From: Oopsacas minuta
Taxonomy: Eukaryota; Animalia; Porifera
Length of the DNA stretch: 64,000 nt
Assembly (NCBI GenBank): GCA_024704765.1
Contig: JAKMXF010000358.1
Span: 82,192-146,191, forward strand
Reading direction: 5' to 3'
The translations under genes were made by a program, and so were the position numbers. How positions within the stretch are numbered: the stretch's first letter is position 1; each line of letters starts with the position of its first letter. The notes under the pieces were generated by a model that worked only from the letters and a program-made list of their open reading frames with translations, was not told the DNA's origin and did no database searches. Below are positions 1-11,711 of this stretch, in pieces.

Positions 1-155
1 CCAAAAATATATATGCCATATACGTATATTTGTGAATTACATTGTTCTAAATATATCTATGATATAATACTCAAAGGGCCGTCAATTTGGAGAATAATAG
101 ATACCTCGAGGCGCAATGCGCCAAGTTCATCGCAAAGCGACGGGCCAAAGGCTCG
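1..155 (+). mobile_element. 3' part of a Helitron-like non-autonomous repeat (window edge)
   Basis: Matches the reverse complement of 52630-52800 and the direct copy at 55140-55274; ends in the GC-rich ...gggccaaaggctcg|t terminus shared by the family. Confidence 0.55.
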
Positions 156-438
156 TAATATAGATATTCACATCTTTTTTGCATATTTCATAATGATGAT
201 GCAATGTTAGAAATTTGTTTCAACGTCTAACCAGGGTTAATCTGGCATGCAGATTCTAATTTTCTATTTTATACCTATATGATTTATCTTATGATTACGA
301 CCTCTAAAAGTGGGGCTTCCAGGTTGTATTTGCAAGGCCCCTGCACTCCACTTTGGGTATGCTGTTTTGACAAAAATGGTCCCGCCTGCAAAACTGGTCC
401 TGGGGGACCAATTTTGACCAATATCCATGGTATTGAAT

Positions 439-1654
439 AAAAATGGTCCCCTCACTTTTGAGGATTCCTCAAATAGTTCTCAACATTTATATGACTTCAA
501 AGTTCAAACTAATGTAATAATAGATAGGTAATCGAATAACTATAAATTGGTTATGCCCTCTGACAGGGCAATGCATCATTAATCCTGATTATTGAACAAA
601 ATGTGAGGGATTGAAATCTTCTTTTTGCATGTGATTTTGTACAGTTAGTAGAACCTCTATGATCCGCACCTCTTTGTATGCAGTAAGTAAGAAAATACTA
701 TTTTCTTTAGAAAACATACGAGATTTGTTGTTAAGATACGGGCACCTCCCTCAACTGGGCATAGTTTGCCACGATTCTGATATTAGCAAAATCTCATTTA
801 CCATTTGCCTAGACTGAATGCAAATCTTAATACCGCACTCGATATTAGTCATGATTTTTGTTGGATATAGTGAGGGTTCGGATTAGCGAGGGTGTACTGT
901 ATTCACAATACATAAAGCAATTTGCATTCAATTACTCTAAAGATGGAGTATGAATGGCCTGTTTTGACAAAAATGGTCCCCCTACAAAACTGGTCCCCCC
1001 CATAAATGATTACTTAATAGGCTTTAGACTAAATAGTAGGTCATTCATACCCCATGTTTTACAGTAATTGAATGCAGGTTACTTTAGTATTGTAAATACA
1101 GTACACCCTCGCTAACCCGAACAGTCCTGTACCAATGAAAACACAAACTGTTCAGATTAGTGAAATAACACTAATCCAATGGAGAATTACCACCTCGCTA
1201 CCCCCCTTATATCCAACAAACTCATGTCTCTCATTATATCCAACAAAAATCATGACTAATATCGAGTGCGGTATTAAGATTTGCATTCAGTCTAGGCAAA
1301 TGGTAAATGAGATTTTGCTAATATCAGAATCGTGGCAAACTATGCCCAGTTGAGGGAGGTGCCCGTATCTTAACAACAAATCTCGTATGTTTTCTAAAGA
1401 AAATAGTATTTTCTTACTTACTGCATACAAAGAGGTGCGGATAATGGAGGTTCTACTAACTGTACAAAATCACATGCGAAAAGAAGATTTCAATCCCTCA
1501 TATTTTGTTCAATAATCAGGATTAATGATGCATTGTCCTGTCCGAGGGCATAACCAGTTTATTTATAAATAGTTATTTGATTACTTATCCATTATTACAA
1601 TAGTTTGAACTTTGATGTCATATAAAAGTTAAAAAAGTGAGGGGGACCATTTTT
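439..1654. repeat. About 1.2-kb palindrome (inverted duplication / foldback element)
   Basis: Arms 439-960 and 1038-1654 are reverse complements; 662-869 vs 1235-1442 is a perfect 208-bp match (checked base by base); 77-bp spacer. Confidence 0.95.
1099..1462. mobile_element. pogo/Tigger-like MITE inside the right palindrome arm (internally deleted mirror copy at 642-899)
   Basis: ta|cagtacaccctcgctaacccgaac ... ggataatggaggttctactaactg|ta; same left TIR as the MITE at 25969-26241. Confidence 0.65.
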
Positions 1655-4349
1655 GTCAAATCCCATTTTCGACATTCGAATTTTACGACGATTTTTCATT
1701 CATTAACTGAGATTTGTCATAAATATTTTAGAATATTTTATGGTTGTCTCACTTTAGGAATTTCCACTTAATATTCACCCAGTTATCAACCATTTTGTGA
1801 AATTCCTTTGGCTGTAGTCTTCGTAAACGGCCCTTCCTCCATTTTGTGAGGCAACCTAGAAAATGGTTAGATTGGAATCTACCCTAACCTCTATTTTCGT
1901 GTATTTAACCAATTATTATCCTCCAACTTATTTCTTAAATAGATTAGCTTACTGGCCTTTGTGGATCGAGGGAATTATTATTTCTCTAACTGTAATAATG
2001 CTTAAAGCTGTGTCTAATGAATATTTATAATAAATATCTCTCAGACTATGTTAATATTATTCTTTATTAATTCATTATCCTTAAACTTTTTATAAAATTT
2101 ATTTGAATTATACAAATTCTATTACATATTATTGACAACTTGATAATTTGTTTATTCTTTTTTTTTAACATAATTTATCTCTTTAATACTTTTATCATAT
2201 GTTTTCTTCTTAAAATCTCCTCATATACTTTATCTTACTAGCTACTGTAGGATTAATTAAATTTTTCATTTATTTTTTGCCAATATTAGGAAGAATTTTC
2301 TGGTCTTATTCTCCATTATTTATATTGTGTTATTATACTGTACTATTTATTCCATCTATTTACGTATGGTATATGATGTTTTAATGTAGTTATTAACCAA
2401 TTTAGGTAGGTTCTTTATAACAGGAGTGCTAGCTAACATCGAAGCTGAGGAGGCAACCACATCTTCGTTTTTCAATCTGTCGCCTTTATTTCCCTATTAC
2501 AATCACCATTAATATACTGGCAAATAAGTATTAATCAACATATGACTGTAATTCTTCATGTATAAATATACAAAATAAGGTAATTTGCTAGTATTCGCCG
2601 GATTCAACCAAAAAATTCGGGTTTTTCGCCTACCCTCGCGGGTCATCGGGTTTCGATGCTCAAATGCGGGTCACTTGGGAGCTATGTATTTCTGATTGAC
2701 CATAAAGTTTTACACTAATTGTAGAAAAATTCTGGGGGGTTTAAGAACAAGCCCCCCCTTGACGTACTATTTCGATGCATGCTTCGTATTATTAATTATT
2801 AAGCAACAATCAGTTGTGCAAGTACTTTTTCCAGCTTGTTGTGTTCCTCTATTGTCATATCTTTCAATTCTTCAATATATGGTTACAGATGATTCATGAC
2901 AACACAATTTTAACATTTTAATTTGTGAATTATACAAAGTATTAGACGTTGTGTAAGGTGATTTTGAACTCCAGCAATTGTCTCTCGTATTCTTTCTCGG
3001 ATTAGTATTAGAGTAAGCCCTCTCCCATCTATGTTGCGTCGTGTATATTAAGTCGCTTTAAAATGGAGGATTCATTAACTTCTATCTCGATTAATAAGAA
3101 ATAAACATTCTAAATATATTGTTGGTAGGGCCTTTGCTGATAGCCTTATTAGAGCTTGTAAGTAGACACTGCATTTTTTAATACTTCTTTGTAATTGGGT
3201 GCTTGCCTTATAAATTATGACGCGTATGTATCGTGAGAAGTCACGTACATTGTGTAATTCGACACAAGGTCGTAACCCCGTCCCGAGCTCGAGGCTCGTT
3301 CGGGCTTCTGGTCATCGGGCCTATAATATTAGGGGACCGAATTACACCAGGTTAGTACTTACTCGGCTTAAGGCTTAAGATATACTCTCGGATTAGACAT
3401 AATTTGTCTCTGAAATTTTCTCCCATCTAATCCATTTATAAATAATTCGGTTAATACTTACTAGTACTACTCGAATAAGAAGTCTAATTATTCTTCCCAA
3501 AGGAAAGATGCTTGAATTTTACTCAGTTAATATGTACTCGGATAGTAAGTACTCATTGATTACAAATACGTTATGTAATTTCAAAACTATAATTTTAAAT
3601 GTTGATCTTATTGTTAGAAATCTGGATAATATTCATATTACTAAGTGGAGTGCCACGGGAATGGAGTCAAGTCCTTTTTAAGCCTTATTAGGAAATAGGC
3701 TTAATAGAATTTCTTTCGCCATTCTTTGGAATGCCAAAAATGTTTTGATTATACTGTAAGAAAGTAAAAGTCCAAGTCCGGACTTAAGCCCCCTTAAAAA
3801 TGGGCTTTAGTTCAAAGGGCTTAAGCCCTTCTGACTTGGCCCTATGCCTGAATTATTACTAACCTTGTATTGACTATTTAGTGCATACTTGCCCGCTTCG
3901 CTTGCTAGGTCGCTCCGCGAGAGCTTTGGGCCTCAGATCAAGCTATAGTATAAACAGCCAATTTCTTAGTGTTTAGGGTAGCTACGAAACGGAATATTCT
4001 CAGCACTACGTACCTCGGGTTACAATATTGCGAAATTATTTTATTGTGCATTGTCCATCCAAATTACATGGTGTAACACTGGAATTATTATTATTTGGCT
4101 TTTGGTTAGTAATCTGGGCACATCGTACCTCGAGTACTATGTCAAATTATCAAAATTTTAGAATTTGGAACAAACATTTTGTACTTCATGATGACGTAAT
4201 AATTCAATCATGAGTTTTCATTTTGTCAAAATCATGACATCAGGACATTTGTCATAATTAGAGGCACGTAATTATATTTCAATCTTCTATCATTTCCTGA
4301 GCGACATCAGCTGTTTAATATATTTTTCAATTTCTCATTTGTTATGGTA

Positions 4350-5210
4350 TGTTTCGACAAGTCCAAGCTTTTGGGTTTTGCCCAATCACGATGTGTGAAA
4401 TGAAACCTGCATCCATAAATCTTTACCTGTGATACGTTTCTCTAAACGCATTTCCAGAGGCGTCTTCCCAATCTGACATTGAGGCCAGAGATCGAAAATG
4501 AGGAATATTCTCCGAGATGGTTTCCAGTATAGCTTGATATAGCCGTTGGTTCTTCCTGCTCAATAAGCAGTATATCGCAGGTAGAGTGTGCCTTCCCACT
4601 GAAATGATAATAGTCCACAACTTATAAATTTAATGGGCACAGTAAAGAATGTCCCATGACTCCCATCGTATTGTTTGTTAGAAATTTGTGATAAAAATCT
4701 TTCATCGGCTCTGAAAGAACACCACACCAATTTCATTGTCAACAGAGAAGCTAAATTTGTGATACTTCAAGAAGTTTGTAGTTGTTATTATGTCACTAAA
4801 TTCCAAAGCTATCTGAGGGATCTTAGGTTCCTGAGTTTTTCTCGCCCGAAACATCGTGGATTCGCATTCTGAAAAAGATATTTCGCATGCCCCATCGATC
4901 ATCTCTTGTCACATCAGCGAAAACCTTCCTCATTTGTGAGTAACTGTCTTACATTTTGTTTTGAGATAATATCATTCAATTTTATAGGCTTCACGGTCAT
5001 AATTGTGCGAATTAAATGAAGTGATCAGATTTCTCACGATTGAGTTTACATGCTCCTTTGCAACCATCTCAGAATAAAGCACACCTTAGGTAAACGAATT
5101 GACATTCGATTTAGAAAGAATAAATTTGTTTCCATCTGAGGTAGTGGAAACCTTATCGACAGTACGTTTATATTCGTCCAGTATATATTCCATCAAATAA
5201 CTATTTGCGA
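4350..5210 (-). pseudogene. Mutator/MULE transposase remnant
   Basis: Fragmented frames give YDGSHGTFFTVP, WTIISVGRHTLPAIYCLLSRK, MSDWE and GCRFHFT (MULE DDE core with CxxH), plus an upstream Cys/His FLYWCH-like stretch; several frameshifts and stops. Confidence 0.85.
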
Positions 5211-6037
5211 ATATATCCCAGAGACAAAAATGTTATTAAATACAATTCAGATAATATTTATATAATATAAACTGGATTGTTGTATGTATTGGTGTTTGTC
5301 CAGAATTATTGGAAAAACTATATGTCGCAGAATGCTTAAAATTTCCACATAAGGGTAATTTTCCCCTGCGACAACGATTTATAGTTTTTAAGCGATATCT
5401 CCAACCTCGTCAAGAAAGGTGACAAAATATATTGACCAATCAGATTTGAGGTTAATAGGACAGGATAGGCCCATATACAGTTAAAGGACAAAAGTACTCG
5501 ACCACTTACCGTATTAAATACTAAGTATATCAAATTAAAATCTAATTACGCTGATGTTTAAAATAACTATTAGTTATAAAGCAGAGAATAAGCGTGAACA
5601 AGATTCATTCATGTAGATTGACGGATATCGCTGTATAAGAATATCTTAGTTACATAGGCGAATAAGAATATAACAAAATATTTGCAATTCTGAAATAGTC
5701 GAATACTTTTGTCCTTTAACTGTATATACGAGCAAATACCTAAAATTATTATAATATATTTATTCAATTTGATCGAAACATTGACGAAAATGTAGTGCAA
5801 TTTAATACTACAAACTAGAGCAGTTAAAAGGTGAGGAAATCTATATATGAAGGCGACTAAATAGATTGTTCTTAGCCTGAGGCACGAAGTGGCCGAGCTA
5901 CTAGGTATTTTAGTGTGAATTTATACACTCGAGAGCTGTAGGCCCCAGAGCGGACACAGAAGTGTCCGCAACCGCGTAGCGCGAGCAAGCGAAGCGTGCT
6001 CGTGTTGTTAAAAATTTATAGAGGTCTGAAAAACGAC

Positions 6038-6586
6038 CACTAGTACGTCATCGATTCAAGAATCAATATCAAGTGATCTAAGGATGTTTCATACATAAAA
6101 TAAAATTTTTGTATTCATAAATTGTCACGTAACTGAGTTATATTAGATACAATGGATGGAACATATTTGGTCAAATCCCTTAATAACTCGATTGTCGCTA
6201 GTGTTATTATCAAATACGTCCAACCAATATATACTAAACACCAAACTTCCCATACCCTTGTAATACATTTTGATACGATATCTCAAACTGATGTGACGCA
6301 GTCGTGATATATGCCCATATTTTGTAATTATCAAGATTACCCAATAGCGTATGAAAATATATTACAAGAGTATGGGAAATTGGGTATATAGAACATATTG
6401 GTTTGACCTATTTGATAATAACTCTAGCGACTATTAAGTTGAAAGTGGATTTTGTCGAAGCATGTGCCATCCATGGTACCTAATATAACTCAGTAACGTG
6501 ATAACTTTATAATTATAAAGAATTTATATTTTATGTATAAACATTCTTAGCTCACTTAATATAAATTCTGGAATCGAAGACACAGT
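6038..6586. mobile_element. Foldback MITE with about 230-bp imperfect TIRs
   Basis: 6050-6280 is the reverse complement of about 6350-6580 (e.g. tcgattcaagaat / attctggaatcga; cttcccatacccttgtaata / tattacaagagtatgggaa). No clear TSD. Confidence 0.75.
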
Positions 6587-6634
6587 GCACCAATTTTATA
6601 TTATCGAGAAAAATATAATTCGATTTCTTAACCT

Positions 6635-7584
6635 GGGGCGCATTCACTAGTCAGAATTTCGAAGTTGTCATTAGTCAGAATCGATTATTTCTTATGAAAT
6701 ATGTTCCCATTAATCATTAATGTATTCAATAATTATTTCTGAGATACTAGTTTAATGAAACTATATAAAACTAGTAAAAGCACTGTTGTCGATAGATCGA
6801 ATATATTTTAGCTATAAATATCTCTTCTTTAAGGCCATTTCTTATTTTTATGAAAACTAAATGCTTCCTTAGATTTCTAAAACCGGCACAAATGTTTTAA
6901 AACCAAGTTTGCAACCAAATACCTTAATATTCGGTTAACCGAATATTATTTGGCAAATAGTTCAATATTCTGAGACCAACCGAATATTATTTGGCAAATA
7001 GTTCAATATTCTGAGACCAACCGAATATCAGTATTCGGTATTCGGTGGCCCAAACCGAATAATATCAATAATCGGTTAGGCTACTATTCATAAATACTGT
7101 TATCCGGTTCGAGCGATTTCAATTTTCTTTAAACCAAAAAATCCAACGATCCCCCATTTTTGCCATCTTTTCTAATAATTAATCCAACAATTGTTCATCC
7201 AAACACAAAATTAGCATGGACTCCATATCCCCACACCTAGGTAGCTTAATAACGATTACAAATGAAAACTCCCAGACCCATAAGGTAGTGAACTATAATC
7301 CCCTCCCAATGGTACGGGTTTATATTTAATACAATAAAATGTCCTATCACGTCCTTGTTTCTATAAATCCATTTTTTCTACATCGATCTATCGACAACAT
7401 CAAAGCTCGACCTAATGCCTCGTTTTGCCACGCGATATGTCGGAAAGTAGATTCTGACTAGTGACAAAAGTCTGAAAATCGATTCTGAATTGTGGTAACA
7501 GTCGGAAAATAGATTCTGACTTGTGACAACTAAGGATATTCTGACTAATGACAACTTCGAAATTCTGACTATCGTAACTTCCCC
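6635..7584. mobile_element. MULE-like non-autonomous element with arrays of subterminal repeats
   Basis: Left end gggg...ctagtcagaatttcgaagttgtcattagtcagaat; right end attctgactaatgacaacttcgaaattctgacta...cccc, preceded by gattctga units at about 31-bp spacing. TSD not recovered. Confidence 0.55.
6937..7028. repeat. Perfect 41-bp tandem duplication within a hAT-MITE-like fragment
   Basis: aaccgaatattatttggcaaatagttcaatattctgagacc x2 plus a partial third copy; ccgaata/tattcgg motifs; related fragment at about 17170-17320. Confidence 0.9.
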
Positions 7585-8212
7585 TTAGACTTGATGTAAT
7601 CCATGGTCCAGGAAATTCTAGACCGTAGATAGGCTTTAGTTTCGTGGGAAGTGCACCAGAGAGATTAATTTCAGTGACAAAAAAACACTACATCTTGAAT
7701 GGACCATTCTAACAAGTGCAAATAGTAGAGATTCTAACAAATGCTACTTCCCCCCTTCAACGTTATAGCCCAATCATCTGACTTCCGAATAGTACAGGGA
7801 CATAGGAAGCAAAAAATTATTGGTGCTGCGGAGCATATTGTATTGGCGCGGCATTCATCATATCTCACCATCTGTATTAACAGAAATTGGCAATTATTGG
7901 TGCGGCAAACGCCGTGCCTGCCGTATCGGCTGCTACGGCCCTGTAGTATATACCCAACTTCCCATACACTGATAATACATTTTGATATGTTTTTCTTACG
8001 AATGTGACGTAATCAGTTCAGGATTAGGGGGTCGCCTGGGGCCCGAACCTAAAAGGCCCCCCATACAAAGTTGTAATATTTGCATTGAGTAATTTGTTGC
8101 TTTACATTGTTACTAAAATCAGTGAAGTTTTATTTAGTGTCTGTCGATTAATTGTTGTGGCTAATCATATAACAATGCATCAAATATGGTTGGGAAATAT
8201 ATTGGTGACAAC

Positions 8213-9336
8213 AGAGTCCATATGCGACATTTATACCATGTGTACCTCATTCCCTCAATCTTATCTGGAAAACTTCCGCTGAATGTATCCCTGTGGTTGT
8301 AAGATTCTTTGATATTATACAAAAGTCATACACATTTCTCTCTGAATCACGTATCGATGGTGACTTCTTTGTTGAAAAACTTAAGCCACTAGTCAAGCTG
8401 CTTTCTGATACTCGGTGGTCCGCAAGGTATGGTGCAGTGGAAGCCTGCATAAAGGATATAATACTTTATGTGAATTATTACTAAACTTTGGCGTTTGATG
8501 GGGAACAGAAGGATGACTATCGAAATGATGCACTTGTTTTTTGGAAAACAGTTTTGGACCGCTTCCATAAACTAATATCTCCTTTCAGTCATGTACTTTA
8601 AATCTGAATGTCATGGTATCGCTACTCGAGTCCCTTGTTGGTTTGTTAAACTCAGAGAAGCGAATTTGACATTTTCATAGTCGAGGCATTATTCTGTGTG
8701 AACATGGCAAGTTCAAAAATGTCTTTAAGGAAGTTCGAGCGCCTATCGTCGTTACTTTGATGTAGATGACGAAGATCCCACTATGTACCAAGGGATAGGA
8801 TCGGACAAGCGTTTTTCATGTTATCAATGATCAGTTGATCAGTGACTTACAATATCACCTTGAGGCTTATCAAGAAATCTGCTATAAATTCGGATTCTTG
8901 TGTAAACTACTCTCTCACTCTCTAGTCAAATGATCAAGGAAGCTGCAGGAAATATTACATGCTCATATCTCAACGATCTGGAAACAATGATTGAGAGTGA
9001 GCTAATTCAATTTCCAGATTGATCAGATCCTCGGCAGAGCTTCAAACTCTAAGTGAAAAACAAAATTCAATGGAGCTTAGGATGTACGAATTCTTTCACA
9101 CATAAAACCTCACTCAAACGTTCCCTAACATCAAAATGGCTCTTCCAATATATTTATCTCTGATAGTATCAAATTGCAGTGGTGAGAGGTCTTTCTCGAA
9201 ACTGAAACGTATAATAAATGAGCTCAGAAATAGAATTGGACAAGATCGAGTCAACAGTCTTTCAATCATTAGTATTGAGAGTGAGGTGCTGAGACAACTT
9301 AATATTTCACATTTAATTATGGATTTAGTTATCTGA
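8213..9336 (+). pseudogene. hAT transposase remnant (ZMYM1-like type), C-terminal half
   Basis: FIPCVPHSLNL (CxxH), LSDTRWSAR, and dimerisation domain FPNIKMALPIYLSLIVSNCSGERSFSKLKRIINELRNRIGQDRVNSLSIISIE; many frameshifts. Confidence 0.9.
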
Positions 9337-9719
9337 AGATGAGGAAAGATCCACATAATGTCACTCTAATTCTCTAAGGAGTATTGTTCGCCTAATAAGT
9401 AATTAATGAATAATTAAAGCAATTTAATGATAATCATGAATCTATTTATAAAATTTGTCCATTCTTGTCCCCATTTTCGACATGAACCGTTCTTACTTAT
9501 AGGATCTATTGTGCAAAATATGCATAGGCATAGGCGGTGCGTGAGATTTCCGTATGGGAGGCTATATACTAATTACAGTGGATACACCAAATGCCCGTTT
9601 TCAGGGGGGGTGCTGAGGACTTTCTGGAATATTTTCTGCTCCCTATATTGTTTTTGGTAAGTTATATGGATATTATATACAATCTTGGATTTTTGATTTC
9701 TTTAGTTAATAATCTAGGA

Positions 9720-11711
9720 CAGTGGTTCTCAAACTATTCTATCACATCGCCTCCCAAGCAATTATTTAACCTTTTCATCGCCCCCTTCCGCCCACATCAA
9801 TGAAATTCTAATATTTTTATCACTAGTATATCAGTTTTAATATGCTAATAATGTGTAGGCTAGATTTAAAATACTCAGTGTGAAGAGTGCACTTGTGTGT
9901 GGTGCTTCTGGAACTCAGTGAAATTGTTTCAACGCAGGTACAAAATGGATCAATAGTCCAATCTGGTATTTCCAATTCTTAGAGATCCCTGAATCACATA
10001 GTCATGGCCATTTTGAGCGCACCAAGATGATCATAGTAAGCGATCAAATCGTCTTCTAATACTGAAAGCTTTGCCATACGGGGGAAACTAGTAAAATTGT
10101 CTTCTACCAATGTTCTGTTAAACAGTGTTAGTTTCCCAAAGAAGGAGCAAATAACTATCTTACACTTTATAAGAGTAGTTAATTACGTTGCCCTGAAGTT
10201 GTAAATTTATTGTGTTGAATTTGTCAAATATATCCAATGGGTAGGAAACAGCAAATTTCGCTTTTTGAACATCCTTAATTAGTTGCGGGTTCGATCCCTC
10301 CAAAAATCCAATGATAGTTTCAAAAAGAGAATAGAATCGACTGAGACAATCTGCTTTCGAGAGCCATCTAACTTCGGTATGGAAAAGAAGACGTTCGAAT
10401 TCGGTTTCATTTTCATGACAAAGTTGACGAAATATCCTGTCATTGAGTGCCGTGGATTTAATCTTGTTTACCACAGTAATGACTATATTTAATGAGTCAT
10501 GCAAGCGTACACTAAGATGTTTAGCGACCAAATGTTCACGATCAACAACGCAGTGAATAGCAAAAAGTTCAGGAACAGCGCGTTTCATGTATGAAATAAA
10601 GCCACGACGTCGACTAACCATTGAAGGTGCACCATCTGTAGCACATGCAATAATATTAATCAAAGGAATTTCTTTTTCTTGGAAAACTTTATTCCACAAC
10701 TTTGAAAATTGATTCACCTTTTGAATCTGTTACAAGCGGTCTAGCAGAGAGCATTTCTTTAACCAACTCTCCCCTTGAATGAATCGGGCATATGTAATAA
10801 GTAGCCCTTCATTTCCTGGAAGAGTAGATTCGTCGATTTGAAGTGAAAATTCCGTCGTTCTAAGTATGTCACATAGTTAATTTTCGACATCAGTACCCCT
10901 CACAACCGTATCATTGTTTAGGGAATGGACTGTATTACACTTTCGACCATTTCTATGCATGACAGTAGTCACTACTTCTTGAATTGCGGGAAGAATGAGT
11001 GCTTCACCAATAGCATGTGGCTTACCAGTTTTAGCTATTAATAGCGAAATGAGTATGATGTAACTAAGCCATCCATATTTTCTTTGTTCACTTTTCCAAA
11101 GATACCGCACATAGTTTGCGATTCTCTAGAAATATTTTGAAGATTTCAACATCCTAATTTGCCTTGTCGCTGTACCGTGAATTTAAATGAAGACTCATCC
11201 TTGAAGGCTTCATTCCTTTCGTTAGAAAATACTTGGCCGCAGAGCAAGCACATTGGAAGCTATGGTGATTTCACAAACCAGTATGGGATATAATCAGCGC
11301 TAGACTGTCGACACTTCTTTTTGCTATCCATATTCTGTAATCGAGTTTATCAAAATCTTTGTAATTAACTTATTTATATGGTTACCCACTTTTCAGACAT
11401 CCATTTTTTATCAAAATAACAAGATCGTGATATGATTGCTCCGCTCGGGGAAGTCATCACCAGTGTGACTATCTTATTGATAAATTATCAACAACTGAAA
11501 CTGATTCTTAAATTCATTATTGTTTATTAACACTGACTATAGGTTATAGTCATTTAAGAATATCCTGTTACAACTTATGATACGATCTTGTGGATGCATT
11601 CGTAATAAACCCCCGTGGTGCCTCCCCAGCGCCCCTTTGCGGTATCGCCCTCTCCCAGTATGCTTCCAACGCCCCCCTAGGGGGCTCTTTGGCCCACTTT
11701 GAGAACCACTG
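9720..11711 (-). mobile_element. hAT element of the Buster/Charlie type, degenerate and internally deleted
   Basis: TIR cagtggttctcaaa / tttgagaaccactg; 8-bp TSD atctagga / atctacga (nnnTAnnn, typical of Buster); ORF 10160-10717 has ACATDGAPSM, IHCVVDREHL and HTEVRWLSK; likely start near 11331. Confidence 0.93.

Noticed and set aside
1690-2000. Possible Gypsy integrase C-terminus on the minus strand (VG..LVK, KW.EGPF-like)
   Set aside because: Needs several frameshifts and stops; too degenerate to support without a profile search.
5846-5905. Miniature Helitron (tctatatat ... gccgagctactag)
   Set aside because: Ends are suggestive but the 3' flank is G rather than T and no second copy was found.
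6937-7028. CRISPR-like repeats (also 49786-50360)
   Set aside because: Contiguous tandem units without unique spacers, no cas genes, eukaryotic context.
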